Positions 26,609 to 34,572 of a stretch of DNA of 36,660 bases are shown piece by piece. Source of the DNA: a virus (taxonomy: Duplodnaviria; Caudoviricetes); IMG/VR virus record IMGVR_UViG_3300020042_003420, positions 1 to 36,660 of that record; one strand, 5' to 3'. Position 1 is the first letter of the stretch, and the number at the start of each line of letters is the position of its first letter. The position numbers were made by a program, and so were the translations under genes. Below the pieces are notes generated by a model that was not told the DNA's origin, did not search any database, and saw only the letters and a list, made by a program, of their open reading frames with translations.

Positions 26609-27231
26609 TGCAATATCGAACCTTCGCTGATCTATACGCACTCATTCAAGCACTTTGCGGAGTTAGCTTTGCTGTTGTTACTGAAAAGCCTCGTATCAAG
26701 GCATTGATAAATCGTAGGGCGCAAAAAGCGTATCGTTCAAGCAATTATTGGCCTCGTTATCTCAAGGTTGGAGAAGAGCGCACGGTTGCTAATGGATCTT
26801 TGATTGGCTATACTCAATCTGGATTGTCATCCATTGACACATTCCTTCGTATTCACAAAATTGCTCCATACATGACTACATCGTCACAGGAGTATGACTT
26901 CATGGTTGGTGCTTCTGGGGCGACATTGATTGCAGGAACTCTTAATCCGACATCTGCGTTTGTTACCTACAAGGAACAAATTTCCACAACTCAATTTGGT
27001 GACGGATCTGGAGAAGACACTAACATTCCTTATGAGTGGTTCCAATATCTTGCTCATGGAACCTATGCAGACTATCTTCGTGCTGAAGGTCAACAAGAAA
27101 AAGCAGCTCTTGCTGACCAAGAAGCAACTGAATTACTTCAAGACGAGTTAATTCGCATTGACGAACAACATACTTTACAGATTGTTGCGAATCGTATATT
27201 TACAAACGCAAACAATCAATCTAGGTACTAA
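26608..27231 (+). CDS. Head-tail adaptor / tail tubular protein A-like
   Basis: 207 aa; TFADL...IN.A...W and IPYEWFQYLAHG.YADYL adaptor-like pattern. Confidence 0.65.
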   Translation: MQYRTFADLYALIQALCGVSFAVVTEKPRIKALINRRAQKAYRSSNYWPRYLKVGEERTVANGSLIGYTQSGLSSIDTFLRIHKIAPYMTTSSQEYDFMVGASGATLIAGTLNPTSAFVTYKEQISTTQFGDGSGEDTNIPYEWFQYLAHGTYADYLRAEGQQEKAALADQEATELLQDELIRIDEQHTLQIVANRIFTNANNQSRY

Positions 27232-28517
27232 TGGAATACTCACTCTCAAGCTCACTTGTAGGAGGATCTGGTTCAATCAACCCAGATGCGTTGTCATTGG
27301 ATCTCCAGTTTGCTTCCGACAAGACGCTCACTGCGCGTAAGGGGCCGACACCAGTGCTTACTAGGGCGAACACAACAGCTACATTTGTTGGCAGTAATGG
27401 AACAATCCAAAACGCAACAACGAACGTGGCTCGATTTGACCATAACAAATCGTATTCTTCTGCGTACTTGGTTCTTTCTGGATCTCCAGTAGATTCCAGT
27501 AGCAATGCTGTAGATATTGCTGGGCCAATTGAATTTACTGGATGGGATGGAAGTAGCCCAGTTCAATTTCCGGGATTTAATTATTCAAATTTATCAATTG
27601 GATTCGCAGAAATTGCATTCAGCGGAAGTTATTGGTTAGTATCTGCAAATGATGGGGATTTTACAGCTCGAAGATTAATATCAGACGGGATTAATGGATC
27701 TTACTCTATTATTAATGGATCTGGAACTCTTACAGTAACTGCTGTACATCCGTGCAAAGGGCTACTTATTGAAGAACAAAGGGAAAACATTTTAACCAAC
27801 ACAAATGGCGATTTGTCTACGCAGACAAAGACTGTGACTGCTGTTCAGCACACTCTTAGCTTTTATGGAACTGGTCAAATTGAACTTAGTGGCGCAGCAG
27901 CAGCAGTAGTATCTCCAGCGGGTAATTACGGAGATCGAAAAACTCTGACATTTACTCCTAGTGCTGGCAGTTTGACTTTGACTGTTACTGGTTCAGTCCA
28001 ATTTGCTCAACTTGAGATTGGTGCTTTTGCTACAAGTTTTATTCCTACATCTGGAACTTCTTTGGTTCGCTCTGCTGACGTTTGCAGCATTACTGGATCT
28101 GACTTTACTAGAATATGGAATCGTTTTGCTGGAACAGGAATCGCAAGCATCAGTGGCATGTCTTCAAATTCTGGACGTTTTATTGCAAACAATATCGGAG
28201 CTAGAGCATTGGAAGTTTACAAAAGTGGTGGTAATACTTTGTTCTTTGAGGCTGGTGGCTCACAAGAAATAATTATTTCAAGTTCATCGACAATCCCATT
28301 CAAAGTAGGGGTGGCATATGCCATAAATGACTACCAAGGATCATTTAATGGAACATTAGGTGGAGTTGATACCAATACTGGCGGAACCATTCCAGATGCC
28401 ACATCACTTAGTATCGGCAATTTGAATAACGGCAATTTTATTAATGGGACTATTTCATCAATACGTTACTTCAAGAAACGTCTAGCAAATGCAAAACTAA
28501 TCACCTTAACCACATGA
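27231..28517 (+). CDS. Spike/fibre protein with a C-terminal lectin-like beta domain
   Basis: SLDLQFA...TR...ARFDH / KGLLIEE.R.N / AQLEIGAFATSFIPT...RSADV motifs typical of aquatic phage fibre/spike proteins. Confidence 0.75.
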   Translation: MEYSLSSSLVGGSGSINPDALSLDLQFASDKTLTARKGPTPVLTRANTTATFVGSNGTIQNATTNVARFDHNKSYSSAYLVLSGSPVDSSSNAVDIAGPIEFTGWDGSSPVQFPGFNYSNLSIGFAEIAFSGSYWLVSANDGDFTARRLISDGINGSYSIINGSGTLTVTAVHPCKGLLIEEQRENILTNTNGDLSTQTKTVTAVQHTLSFYGTGQIELSGAAAAVVSPAGNYGDRKTLTFTPSAGSLTLTVTGSVQFAQLEIGAFATSFIPTSGTSLVRSADVCSITGSDFTRIWNRFAGTGIASISGMSSNSGRFIANNIGARALEVYKSGGNTLFFEAGGSQEIIISSSSTIPFKVGVAYAINDYQGSFNGTLGGVDTNTGGTIPDATSLSIGNLNNGNFINGTISSIRYFKKRLANAKLITLTT

Positions 28518-28843
28518 CGGACTACTTACTTAAATTCCCAAGCAAACAAGTCGCTGAACAATTCGGCATCGCCAACGGATTCGCGCAGCTCGACGAGGTG
28601 TCTGGCTTAGTTTTCTCGTTTCTAGCCTCACACACTCACGCACTCTGCGAGATCGGTGAGCATAACGGCGATGGCAACTTCTGGGTTCTATTCCGCGACC
28701 TTGTCGGCATCCCGATTCCAGAAGGCGGCGAGCAGTTTATCTACTGGTCATCCAACATGACTATCACGGACGATACGGGCAGCGTGATCCCTGTCCCCCG
28801 TCCAGAATCTTCCCCTGACGTACCCAGCGTTTTCTGGGCATAA
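28514..28843 (+). CDS. Fibre-associated small protein (chaperone-like)
   Basis: MTDYLLKF...PSVFWA; ATGA-coupled to the fibre gene. Confidence 0.6.
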   Translation: MTDYLLKFPSKQVAEQFGIANGFAQLDEVSGLVFSFLASHTHALCEIGEHNGDGNFWVLFRDLVGIPIPEGGEQFIYWSSNMTITDDTGSVIPVPRPESSPDVPSVFWA

Positions 28844-28859
28844 TCAAAAACAAAAAAAT

Positions 28860-29009
28860 ATGAAAACCACTATCCTTGGAGTCCTCACTATTGTCGGTGC
28901 AGTTGTATCTGCTGCCACTCAGTTCCTCACCTCTGGGTCTATTGACTTGCTGTCCATCGTTCCCGCTGTCACGGCTGGTTTCGGACTCATCAAAGCTAAA
29001 GATCAGTGA
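28860..29009 (+). CDS. Holin-like two-TM protein (49 aa; not in the ORF track)
   Basis: Hand translation MKTTILGVLTIVGAVVSAATQFLTSGSIDLLSIVPAVTAGFGLIKAKDQ; A-rich leader; upstream of the endolysin. Confidence 0.75.
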   Translation: MKTTILGVLTIVGAVVSAATQFLTSGSIDLLSIVPAVTAGFGLIKAKDQ

Positions 29010-29010
29010 C

Positions 29011-29181
29011 ATGAATGACCATCTCAGGAACGCAATGCACGGGGCATTTGGCACTATTATGCCCACCATTGGGCTGGTCACATCCATGCAGGAGCAGCTT
29101 GAGTATGGTCTTCGCATCACATCCTTGATTGTTGGCATATTTGTCGGTATTTTGTCATTGACAAAAATAATCAAGAAGTAA
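29011..29181 (+). CDS. Second holin/antiholin-like membrane protein (56 aa)
   Basis: MNDHLRNAMHG...ITSLIVGIFVGILSLTKIIKK; start reassigned to 29011. Confidence 0.65.
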   Translation: MNDHLRNAMHGAFGTIMPTIGLVTSMQEQLEYGLRITSLIVGIFVGILSLTKIIKK

Positions 29182-29191
29182 CCATCCCGAT

Positions 29192-29755
29192 ATGACATTC
29201 AGCGCAATATGCGAACTGCAAGAAAAGGTTGGTGCTTATGTTGATGGCTTTTGGGGGCCAAAGAGCATTGAGGCTTGCCAGAAGCACTTAAAGAGCCTTT
29301 ACCCCAAAGTTAATCCTTGGCCTAAGTCAGATGGGGAAAGTCTATTGGCTTTCTATGGAAGGCCCGGTGATGAATCAAAGCTCGTATCCATAGGGGTTTC
29401 TCACTTGAACATTGAGTACGATGGATCTCCAGTATCCGTTATTCGATGCCATGAGCGAGTTGGGAAATCCTTGTTCAAAGTTCTGACTGATATCAGTGAA
29501 TCTAAAGATAAAGGCGTGTTGAAAGAATATGCTGGAGTTTTCAACAATCGCCCAATGAGGAATGGAAGACTTCCATCACTCCACGCTAGGGGGGCGGCTA
29601 TTGACCTAGATCCAAATAGGAATGACAATATGGCTCATTGGCCAACTAAGTCATCAATGCCACTTTCTGTGATGGAAGCATTTGCGAGAGAGGGTTGGTT
29701 GTCTGCTGGGGTATGGTGGGGTCGAGATGCGATGCATTTCCAAGCAACCCAATAA
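29192..29755 (+). CDS. Endolysin: PG-binding helix plus M15-family (L-Ala-D-Glu-type) zinc peptidase
   Basis: LQ..VG..VDGFWGPKS; SLHARGAAIDL; DAMHFQ. Confidence 0.88.
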   Translation: MTFSAICELQEKVGAYVDGFWGPKSIEACQKHLKSLYPKVNPWPKSDGESLLAFYGRPGDESKLVSIGVSHLNIEYDGSPVSVIRCHERVGKSLFKVLTDISESKDKGVLKEYAGVFNNRPMRNGRLPSLHARGAAIDLDPNRNDNMAHWPTKSSMPLSVMEAFAREGWLSAGVWWGRDAMHFQATQ

Positions 29756-29760
29756 TAACT

Positions 29761-30060
29761 ATGAAAATCCCTAAATCAGTATTGATTGGAGGGATTAAAT
29801 TCAAGATTCGCATCAAGAAGATGGAGTCTTGGGGTGAGATGCACTTTGATGACAAGGAGATCCACATATCAAAAAACTCCATCCTCAAAGAGCATATTTT
29901 TCTTGACACGCTTCGCCATGAGATGCTTCATGCGTCATTATCAGTCGCTGGAACATCATGGAGTGATAAGTATGACGAAGAATCCATAGTTCGCGCGATT
30001 GAGAATATCTTCTTCCCTGCGTTTAACTTAATCAAAAATCAAATTAGCGATGGCATTTAA
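29761..30060 (+). CDS. Small zinc metallopeptidase-like protein (minigluzincin/ImmA-like)
   Basis: MKIPKSVLIGG...DTLRHEMLHA...EESIV; start reassigned to 29761. Confidence 0.75.
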   Translation: MKIPKSVLIGGIKFKIRIKKMESWGEMHFDDKEIHISKNSILKEHIFLDTLRHEMLHASLSVAGTSWSDKYDEESIVRAIENIFFPAFNLIKNQISDGI

Positions 30061-30778
30061 AAAATTCCTAGTATGTGCTGATAATCACGGGCATCTTGTG
30101 AATCAAGAGTGCAAGAAGAAGTTCATAGACTTCAAGAAAGAGTGGAAGCCTAATTACACCATTTGCTTGGGAGACATTTGGGACATGAACGGACTCCGTA
30201 GGTCTGCTGATGACGAGGAGAAGCGCGAAGGCATTTCTGCTGACTTCAAGGCTGGAATTGAGTTTCTTGACATTGGGTTTAACTACCTAACGCTAGGAAA
30301 CCACGATGCAAGGCTCTGGGAGGCCGCTGAAGGCGCAGCAAATGGAATACTGCGTGAATCATGCCAAGAGCTTGTAAAGTGCGTTACAGGCGAGTTCAAG
30401 AAGCGCAAGATCAAATGGGTTCCGCACAATGTTAATTCGTATTTGCAACTTCCAGAAGGAGGGCCAAAACTCATCCACGGGTTCTTAGCTGGAATGAATC
30501 CCGCTAAGGCGCATTTCGAGCGGTTCGGTAGCTGTTTATTCGGCCATGTCCACGCTCCCTCATCATACGTTGCGAAGCATATTGACCAAGGACAAGCGTA
30601 TGCTTTACCGTGCATGGCAGATATTGAGTCACTAAAGTACGCTGAACGCTATCCTAATCGCCTTGGATGGCGTAATGGCTGGGGCTTTGGCATAATCAAT
30701 GAAAAGACTGGCAAATGGTCTTTCTGGAATGTAACCAAGGAAGACGGGTCTTACATCTCCCCAATGGGAATTTTATAA
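30050..30778 (+). CDS. Calcineurin-like metallophosphoesterase
   Basis: DNHG, LGDIWD, GNHD, HG and GHVH motifs in canonical order. Confidence 0.9.
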   Translation: MAFKKFLVCADNHGHLVNQECKKKFIDFKKEWKPNYTICLGDIWDMNGLRRSADDEEKREGISADFKAGIEFLDIGFNYLTLGNHDARLWEAAEGAANGILRESCQELVKCVTGEFKKRKIKWVPHNVNSYLQLPEGGPKLIHGFLAGMNPAKAHFERFGSCLFGHVHAPSSYVAKHIDQGQAYALPCMADIESLKYAERYPNRLGWRNGWGFGIINEKTGKWSFWNVTKEDGSYISPMGIL

Positions 30779-30784
30779 TACGTT

Positions 30785-31018
30785 ATGAAACACAACACAC
30801 AAAAAGCATTATCAAGCCTTGATTTCGCAATCGCAGAATGTACTCGGCCATCTAAAATGGATGATGAGTTCACGCTCGCGGAGTATATCGTGAAATCAAA
30901 AATGCCACGAAGTACGGCTCAACAAAATCTTGACAACCTTGTAAGGAGGGGAGTCTTGAGCAAGCGGAAGATTTCCATTGATGGATCTCTTCGCAACTTG
31001 TTCAAGAAAACCTGCTAA
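30785..31018 (+). CDS. Winged-helix DNA-binding protein
   Basis: FTLAEY...MPRSTAQQNLDNLVRRGVLSK. Confidence 0.7.
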   Translation: MKHNTQKALSSLDFAIAECTRPSKMDDEFTLAEYIVKSKMPRSTAQQNLDNLVRRGVLSKRKISIDGSLRNLFKKTC

Positions 31019-31040
31019 ATTGCAGGATGATATTACAAAA

Positions 31041-31223
31041 TCAATTTTGAAATGCCTTGCCGTAATTCTGGGGTGGCATTACCTTGAATGAATCAAGTCT
31101 TCGTGCTGTAATTTCAAGAATTTCTGTCAGTCTGACCACTTCGCTTTGAAGCTCCTTCTTAGTCATTTTCTCAACAGGCTTCCAAGAATTGTAGTCAGGT
31201 TTTGTTTTTGGGGGTTTGTCCAT
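31041..31223 (-). CDS. Hypothetical protein, 60 aa
   Basis: ORF flanked by an 11-bp direct repeat. Confidence 0.6.
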   Translation of the reverse strand: MDKPPKTKPDYNSWKPVEKMTKKELQSEVVRLTEILEITARRLDSFKVMPPQNYGKAFQN

Positions 31224-31243
31224 ATTTCAATTTGTTCAATTAT

Positions 31244-31825
31244 CTAAATTGCAGATTGCTTTCGATAGCTTTCCCAATCAAAGTGCAAACCAAGTCCGTT
31301 TTCGCGGATTCTATCAAGTATGGCTGGAGACATGGCTTGTGCAAACTTCTCCCTTGAGTAATTGGAAATCAGCATTGTCGGTCTACCATCAGCATATCTT
31401 GCATCAATGATGGAGGTCAGCTTGCGATCCTCAAAAGAAGTCTCCCCACGCTCTTGGATCTCGTCAATCACAAGAAATGCTGCTTCTGAGTACTTCTTTA
31501 CAACTTGCATCTCTGACATCTCAGCCTTAGGATAGAATGATTCACGAAGCTCCATGAAGAGCATAACGGCGGTTGTGTAGTAACACGGCCTTGACTTACG
31601 GATTGATGACATCCCGACAGCGGGAAACTCATCTCTTGGCATAGCACAAGCCTTTGCAAGCTCATAAGCCATGCGAGACTTGCCAGTGCCATTGGTTCCG
31701 TAGGTGACAAGTATTCCCCCAGATTCGACTACTGGCTTGCTCTTGTTGAATGCATCATGCCACTTGTCTCCCACAGGAGGTGCTGCATCTTTGTATCGTT
31801 CGGGAAATCCTTTTAGAATGTTCAT
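31244..31825 (-). CDS. DnaC/IstB-like AAA+ ATPase (helicase loader)
   Basis: GFPERY, Walker A GTNGTGKS, Walker B LVIDE, IIDARY...PTMLISN, ILDRIRE. Confidence 0.9.
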   Translation of the reverse strand: MNILKGFPERYKDAAPPVGDKWHDAFNKSKPVVESGGILVTYGTNGTGKSRMAYELAKACAMPRDEFPAVGMSSIRKSRPCYYTTAVMLFMELRESFYPKAEMSEMQVVKKYSEAAFLVIDEIQERGETSFEDRKLTSIIDARYADGRPTMLISNYSREKFAQAMSPAILDRIRENGLGLHFDWESYRKQSAI

Positions 31826-31829
31826 TGTG

Positions 31830-32252
31830 TTAGTATTTGTTCAAGATGTTCGTGATTGAATACCTCTTCCTCATGTCGATCAATGCCAATTTGTCAACTG
31901 GCTGAGTTTTCTCAATCTTTTCTGACTCCTCTGTGCGAATTAATCGCTCAATCGCTTTGGATTCAGTGCATTTAAGCCTCTTGGCAAGCCTTTGTACTCG
32001 CTGGTAAGTCTCAACAGTTAATCTTAAAGCAACTTGAACTCCTCGCTCCTCTGGGGGCATTGGGTCACGACCGCCAACAAACCTAAACTTCTTCATGTCC
32101 TCGCGGGACATCTTTGTCTTGGTTCCTGTGATGCGTTTTAATGGTTTCCCAATCGCCTCTTCCCAAGAATGATCGTTCTGATTGCTGCCTTGGGTTGTCG
32201 AAAAGCCTTCTGATGGGATTGTTTCTCCATCCATATCCGTATTCTCCATCAT
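31830..32252 (-). CDS. Ribbon-helix-helix-like DNA-binding protein (start uncertain: 32252 or 32111)
   Basis: GGR.P...GVQVALRLTVETYQRVQRLAKRLKCTESKAIERLI. Confidence 0.6.
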   Translation of the reverse strand: MMENTDMDGETIPSEGFSTTQGSNQNDHSWEEAIGKPLKRITGTKTKMSREDMKKFRFVGGRDPMPPEERGVQVALRLTVETYQRVQRLAKRLKCTESKAIERLIRTEESEKIEKTQPVDKLALIDMRKRYSITNILNKY

Positions 32253-32331
32253 AATCGTCTAAGTCTTGGTCAAATTGATGTTGATTCATAGAGCGGCAAG
32301 TGGTTTTTGCAACTCTATTGTGAACAATCAA
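32083..32331 (-). CDS. Possible hypothetical protein overlapping the RHH ORF
   Basis: ATGA-coupled to 32328..32540; compatible with an RHH start at 32111. Confidence 0.35.
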   Translation of the reverse strand: MIVHNRVAKTTCRSMNQHQFDQDLDDYDGEYGYGWRNNPIRRLFDNPRQQSERSFLGRGDWETIKTHHRNQDKDVPRGHEEV

Positions 32332-32540
32332 TCATAGCAAGTAATTTTCTGTTGTGTTTTGTAGTAATTATTCTTGCATCGTTGTTGCTGTGCAGCCCTT
32401 TTTTCTGGGTCAAGATAAGCCAGCTTCTTCACTTCTGATATGCACCGAATGCATCGAGTTTTGTGACTCTCATAGAAGTGATTTGCTGGTTTATCCTGTT
32501 GGCATCTTCTGCACCATTGAGTTTTAGTCGAGAAGGTCAT
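32328..32540 (-). CDS. Small zinc-finger protein
   Basis: CRRC...K....FY....CIRC. Confidence 0.7.
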   Translation of the reverse strand: MTFSTKTQWCRRCQQDKPANHFYESHKTRCIRCISEVKKLAYLDPEKRAAQQQRCKNNYYKTQQKITCYD

Positions 32541-32844
32541 CTTGAACCTTCTTCTTGAGATTATCCAAGTCTTCCCAGACTACGTTGAGCCGTTCAACGG
32601 CATCGCTTATTTGGCCCTCAAGCATCTCGTCATACTCAAGGTACATATCCCTCCATCGCTTTGCTTCTTGTTGCCATAGATCGCGTTCCGCAACAATATC
32701 TGAGTGTCCTTTCTGCCATATATGACAACTACGAACTGCCTCATCGCGTTCGGCAACAACTTCATCAATGCGCTTGAGCATATGCAAGTAGTTTTCCTCA
32801 TGCGCTTGCGCTCTTGATTTCCAGATTTCTAGTTCAGTTTCCAT
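32524..32844 (-). CDS. Coiled-coil protein with AERD repeats
   Basis: Start METELEIW at 32844; VVAERDEA and IVAERDLW repeats. Confidence 0.65.
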   Translation of the reverse strand: METELEIWKSRAQAHEENYLHMLKRIDEVVAERDEAVRSCHIWQKGHSDIVAERDLWQQEAKRWRDMYLEYDEMLEGQISDAVERLNVVWEDLDNLKKKVQDDLLD

Positions 32845-33154
32845 CGTTTTGTGTTCTATAATTTTTATCGATTTCAGCAAATGCTGAAAGCATTGATTTT
32901 TCTGAAAGTGTGATGTTTCGCGCCATATAAATTTTGTTGCAAATACGTTCCGCATCTATCATCCGTACTTGCGTTTCGCCTAATCGCTCGACTAAATAGT
33001 CCGCTTGTCGCTGGTACATATCGCGTTCGCTGCATAGTTCCTCCATCCGATCCGCTGCTTCTGCAATGGCTGCATTGGCAACTCCATCTTCTGACTCAAT
33101 GTCATTAGCTAAGATGCGTAGTGCGCCGATAATTGTTTCTGTGCTGCTTCTCAT
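32834..33154 (-). CDS. Hypothetical coiled-coil protein
   Basis: ALRILANDIESEDGVANAAIAEAADR; ATGA-coupled. Confidence 0.7.
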   Translation of the reverse strand: MRSSTETIIGALRILANDIESEDGVANAAIAEAADRMEELCSERDMYQRQADYLVERLGETQVRMIDAERICNKIYMARNITLSEKSMLSAFAEIDKNYRTQNDGN

Positions 33155-33504
33155 GCTTCATCCTCCCATTTCCCAAGTGTCCGCAAAAATGCTTCTGCTC
33201 GTTGGCGAGCGGTTGCTGTCATTGGAGCAAAAATAGGTTGCTCTGATTCCCATGCTGTAGATGTGAGCATTCGTGCATATTCTGCCGCTTTGATAGGATT
33301 TAAGGTCTTCTCGGCCTCATGCATGGCGTTGAGATCGTTGAGGTAGTCGGGCCTGTCATGGTTGAACCGCAAAACTCCATTTGGGTCCATGCACCATTTC
33401 TCTGGCATAGACCAACCCTGCTTTAGCTTCATTACGTCGGGATGGTCAGCGTCCTTCCATCCACACGCCTTTGAGATTGCTTTGTTGATTTGTTCGTTAG
33501 TCAT
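33151..33504 (-). CDS. Phage protein, ABA-sandwich-like
   Basis: MTNEQIN.AI...GW...PDYLNDLNAMHEAE...ATARQRAEAFL. Confidence 0.65.
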   Translation of the reverse strand: MTNEQINKAISKACGWKDADHPDVMKLKQGWSMPEKWCMDPNGVLRFNHDRPDYLNDLNAMHEAEKTLNPIKAAEYARMLTSTAWESEQPIFAPMTATARQRAEAFLRTLGKWEDEA

Positions 33505-33580
33505 AATGCTTGTAGTAAATTAACATCATTGCAACCACCATGCCTCCGGCGATTGCGAGTTGAATTGTTTCGTCAGTCAT
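33497..33580 (-). CDS. 27-aa single-TM microprotein (not in the ORF track)
   Basis: MTDETIQLAIAGGMVVAMMLIYYKHYD; AC-rich leader. Confidence 0.55.
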   Translation of the reverse strand: MTDETIQLAIAGGMVVAMMLIYYKHYD

Positions 33581-33595
33581 TTTGGTTGGTTGTTT

Positions 33596-33940
33596 TTAAA
33601 TATCCCACATGCTCGCAAACTCTCCGCAAAATCCGCATTCTTTTGGCGTGTCGTGTGATCGGCTAATGGCTATTTGAGAACGTCCGCAAGCCGAGCATCG
33701 TTGCTCGCCCATGCTCATGTTGTCGGATTCGCAGCGTTCCAGTTTGAAGTAGTCCTCCATCGCTATCACCATGCCTTGACCCATCGGGGAGCCGTAGCGG
33801 TATCCAGTAACCTGTTCGCAACGGTCGGCATCCCACAGGGCTTGGCAGCACATGGCGAGCTTCCCAAAGGTGCATTTAAAATGCATCCGCAACAATGCAA
33901 CAGTGCGGGCCTCCAATTCGGTCATATATACGTCAGTCAT
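33596..33940 (-). CDS. Cys-rich protein with a C-terminal zinc ribbon
   Basis: Start MTDVYM at 33940; CSAC...CGFC. Confidence 0.65.
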   Translation of the reverse strand: MTDVYMTELEARTVALLRMHFKCTFGKLAMCCQALWDADRCEQVTGYRYGSPMGQGMVIAMEDYFKLERCESDNMSMGEQRCSACGRSQIAISRSHDTPKECGFCGEFASMWDI

Positions 33941-34115
33941 TTTTGTTGATTGGTTGTTTGGATGAAACTCCTGCTGGGTCTGGCTGGACTTCATTTCCGC
34001 AAAAATCGCAGATGCCTCCTACAAACCCTCTAGGCTCATTGCAGCATTCCACTATCCATCTATCGTTTTTTAGGATGAACTTGTTGCCATGCTCATCGAC
34101 ATACGTTCCGTCCAT
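33933..34115 (-). CDS. Small zinc-binding protein
   Basis: TAATG coupling at 34115; CC...CDFC. Confidence 0.6.
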   Translation of the reverse strand: MDGTYVDEHGNKFILKNDRWIVECCNEPRGFVGGICDFCGNEVQPDPAGVSSKQPINKND

Positions 34116-34384
34116 TATTCCAGTACCTCCTGCACGGTGATGCGTTCCCATTCATTTGGCCCATACCATTTGTCTGGATTACTATTGAGTACTTTACCCG
34201 CCATATGTAGCCATACATCCCATGTGCGCGGTTCTGGTTTGATGCGGTAGCATTTTGGGTCAAATCCAAATTCTAAATTTACACCATCTTCCCAATGACC
34301 ATCAATATGCTTAAATTGAATTTTTTTACCATCTGCCAATGCTTGTACTAAAGGCAGGAATAAGAGTGCGTTTTCTTTGTTCAT
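34115..34384 (-). CDS. Hypothetical phage protein, 89 aa
   Basis: LPLVQALADGKKIQ...YRIKPEP recurrent phage motif. Confidence 0.75.
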   Translation of the reverse strand: MNKENALLFLPLVQALADGKKIQFKHIDGHWEDGVNLEFGFDPKCYRIKPEPRTWDVWLHMAGKVLNSNPDKWYGPNEWERITVQEVLE

Positions 34385-34572
34385 GTGTCGTCTGCTGCTA
34401 GTTCTTCGATCTCCAGTAATTTACCCACAATTTTGTGGGCGGTTTCCAATGTCATTAGTGAGTCCTTATTCGCTGGGAAGTCTTTTTCGTTAAGTTTCAT
34501 AACCCAAAGGCTTGAGTTGGTGTTATCGTCAATTAGGGATTGGTCATCCCAGAGTTCTAGTGTTATTTTCAT
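34381..34572 (-). CDS. Hypothetical acidic protein, 63 aa
   Basis: ATGA-coupled on both sides. Confidence 0.65.
   Translation of the reverse strand: MKITLELWDDQSLIDDNTNSSLWVMKLNEKDFPANKDSLMTLETAHKIVGKLLEIEELAADDT

Noticed and set aside
10108-28517. Diversity-generating retroelement or invertible tail-fibre system
   Set aside because: No reverse transcriptase, invertase or TR/VR repeat pair was seen.
7826-30615. Numerous antisense and alternate-frame ORFs within structural genes
   Set aside because: Shadows of long, motif-bearing + strand genes with no independent signals.
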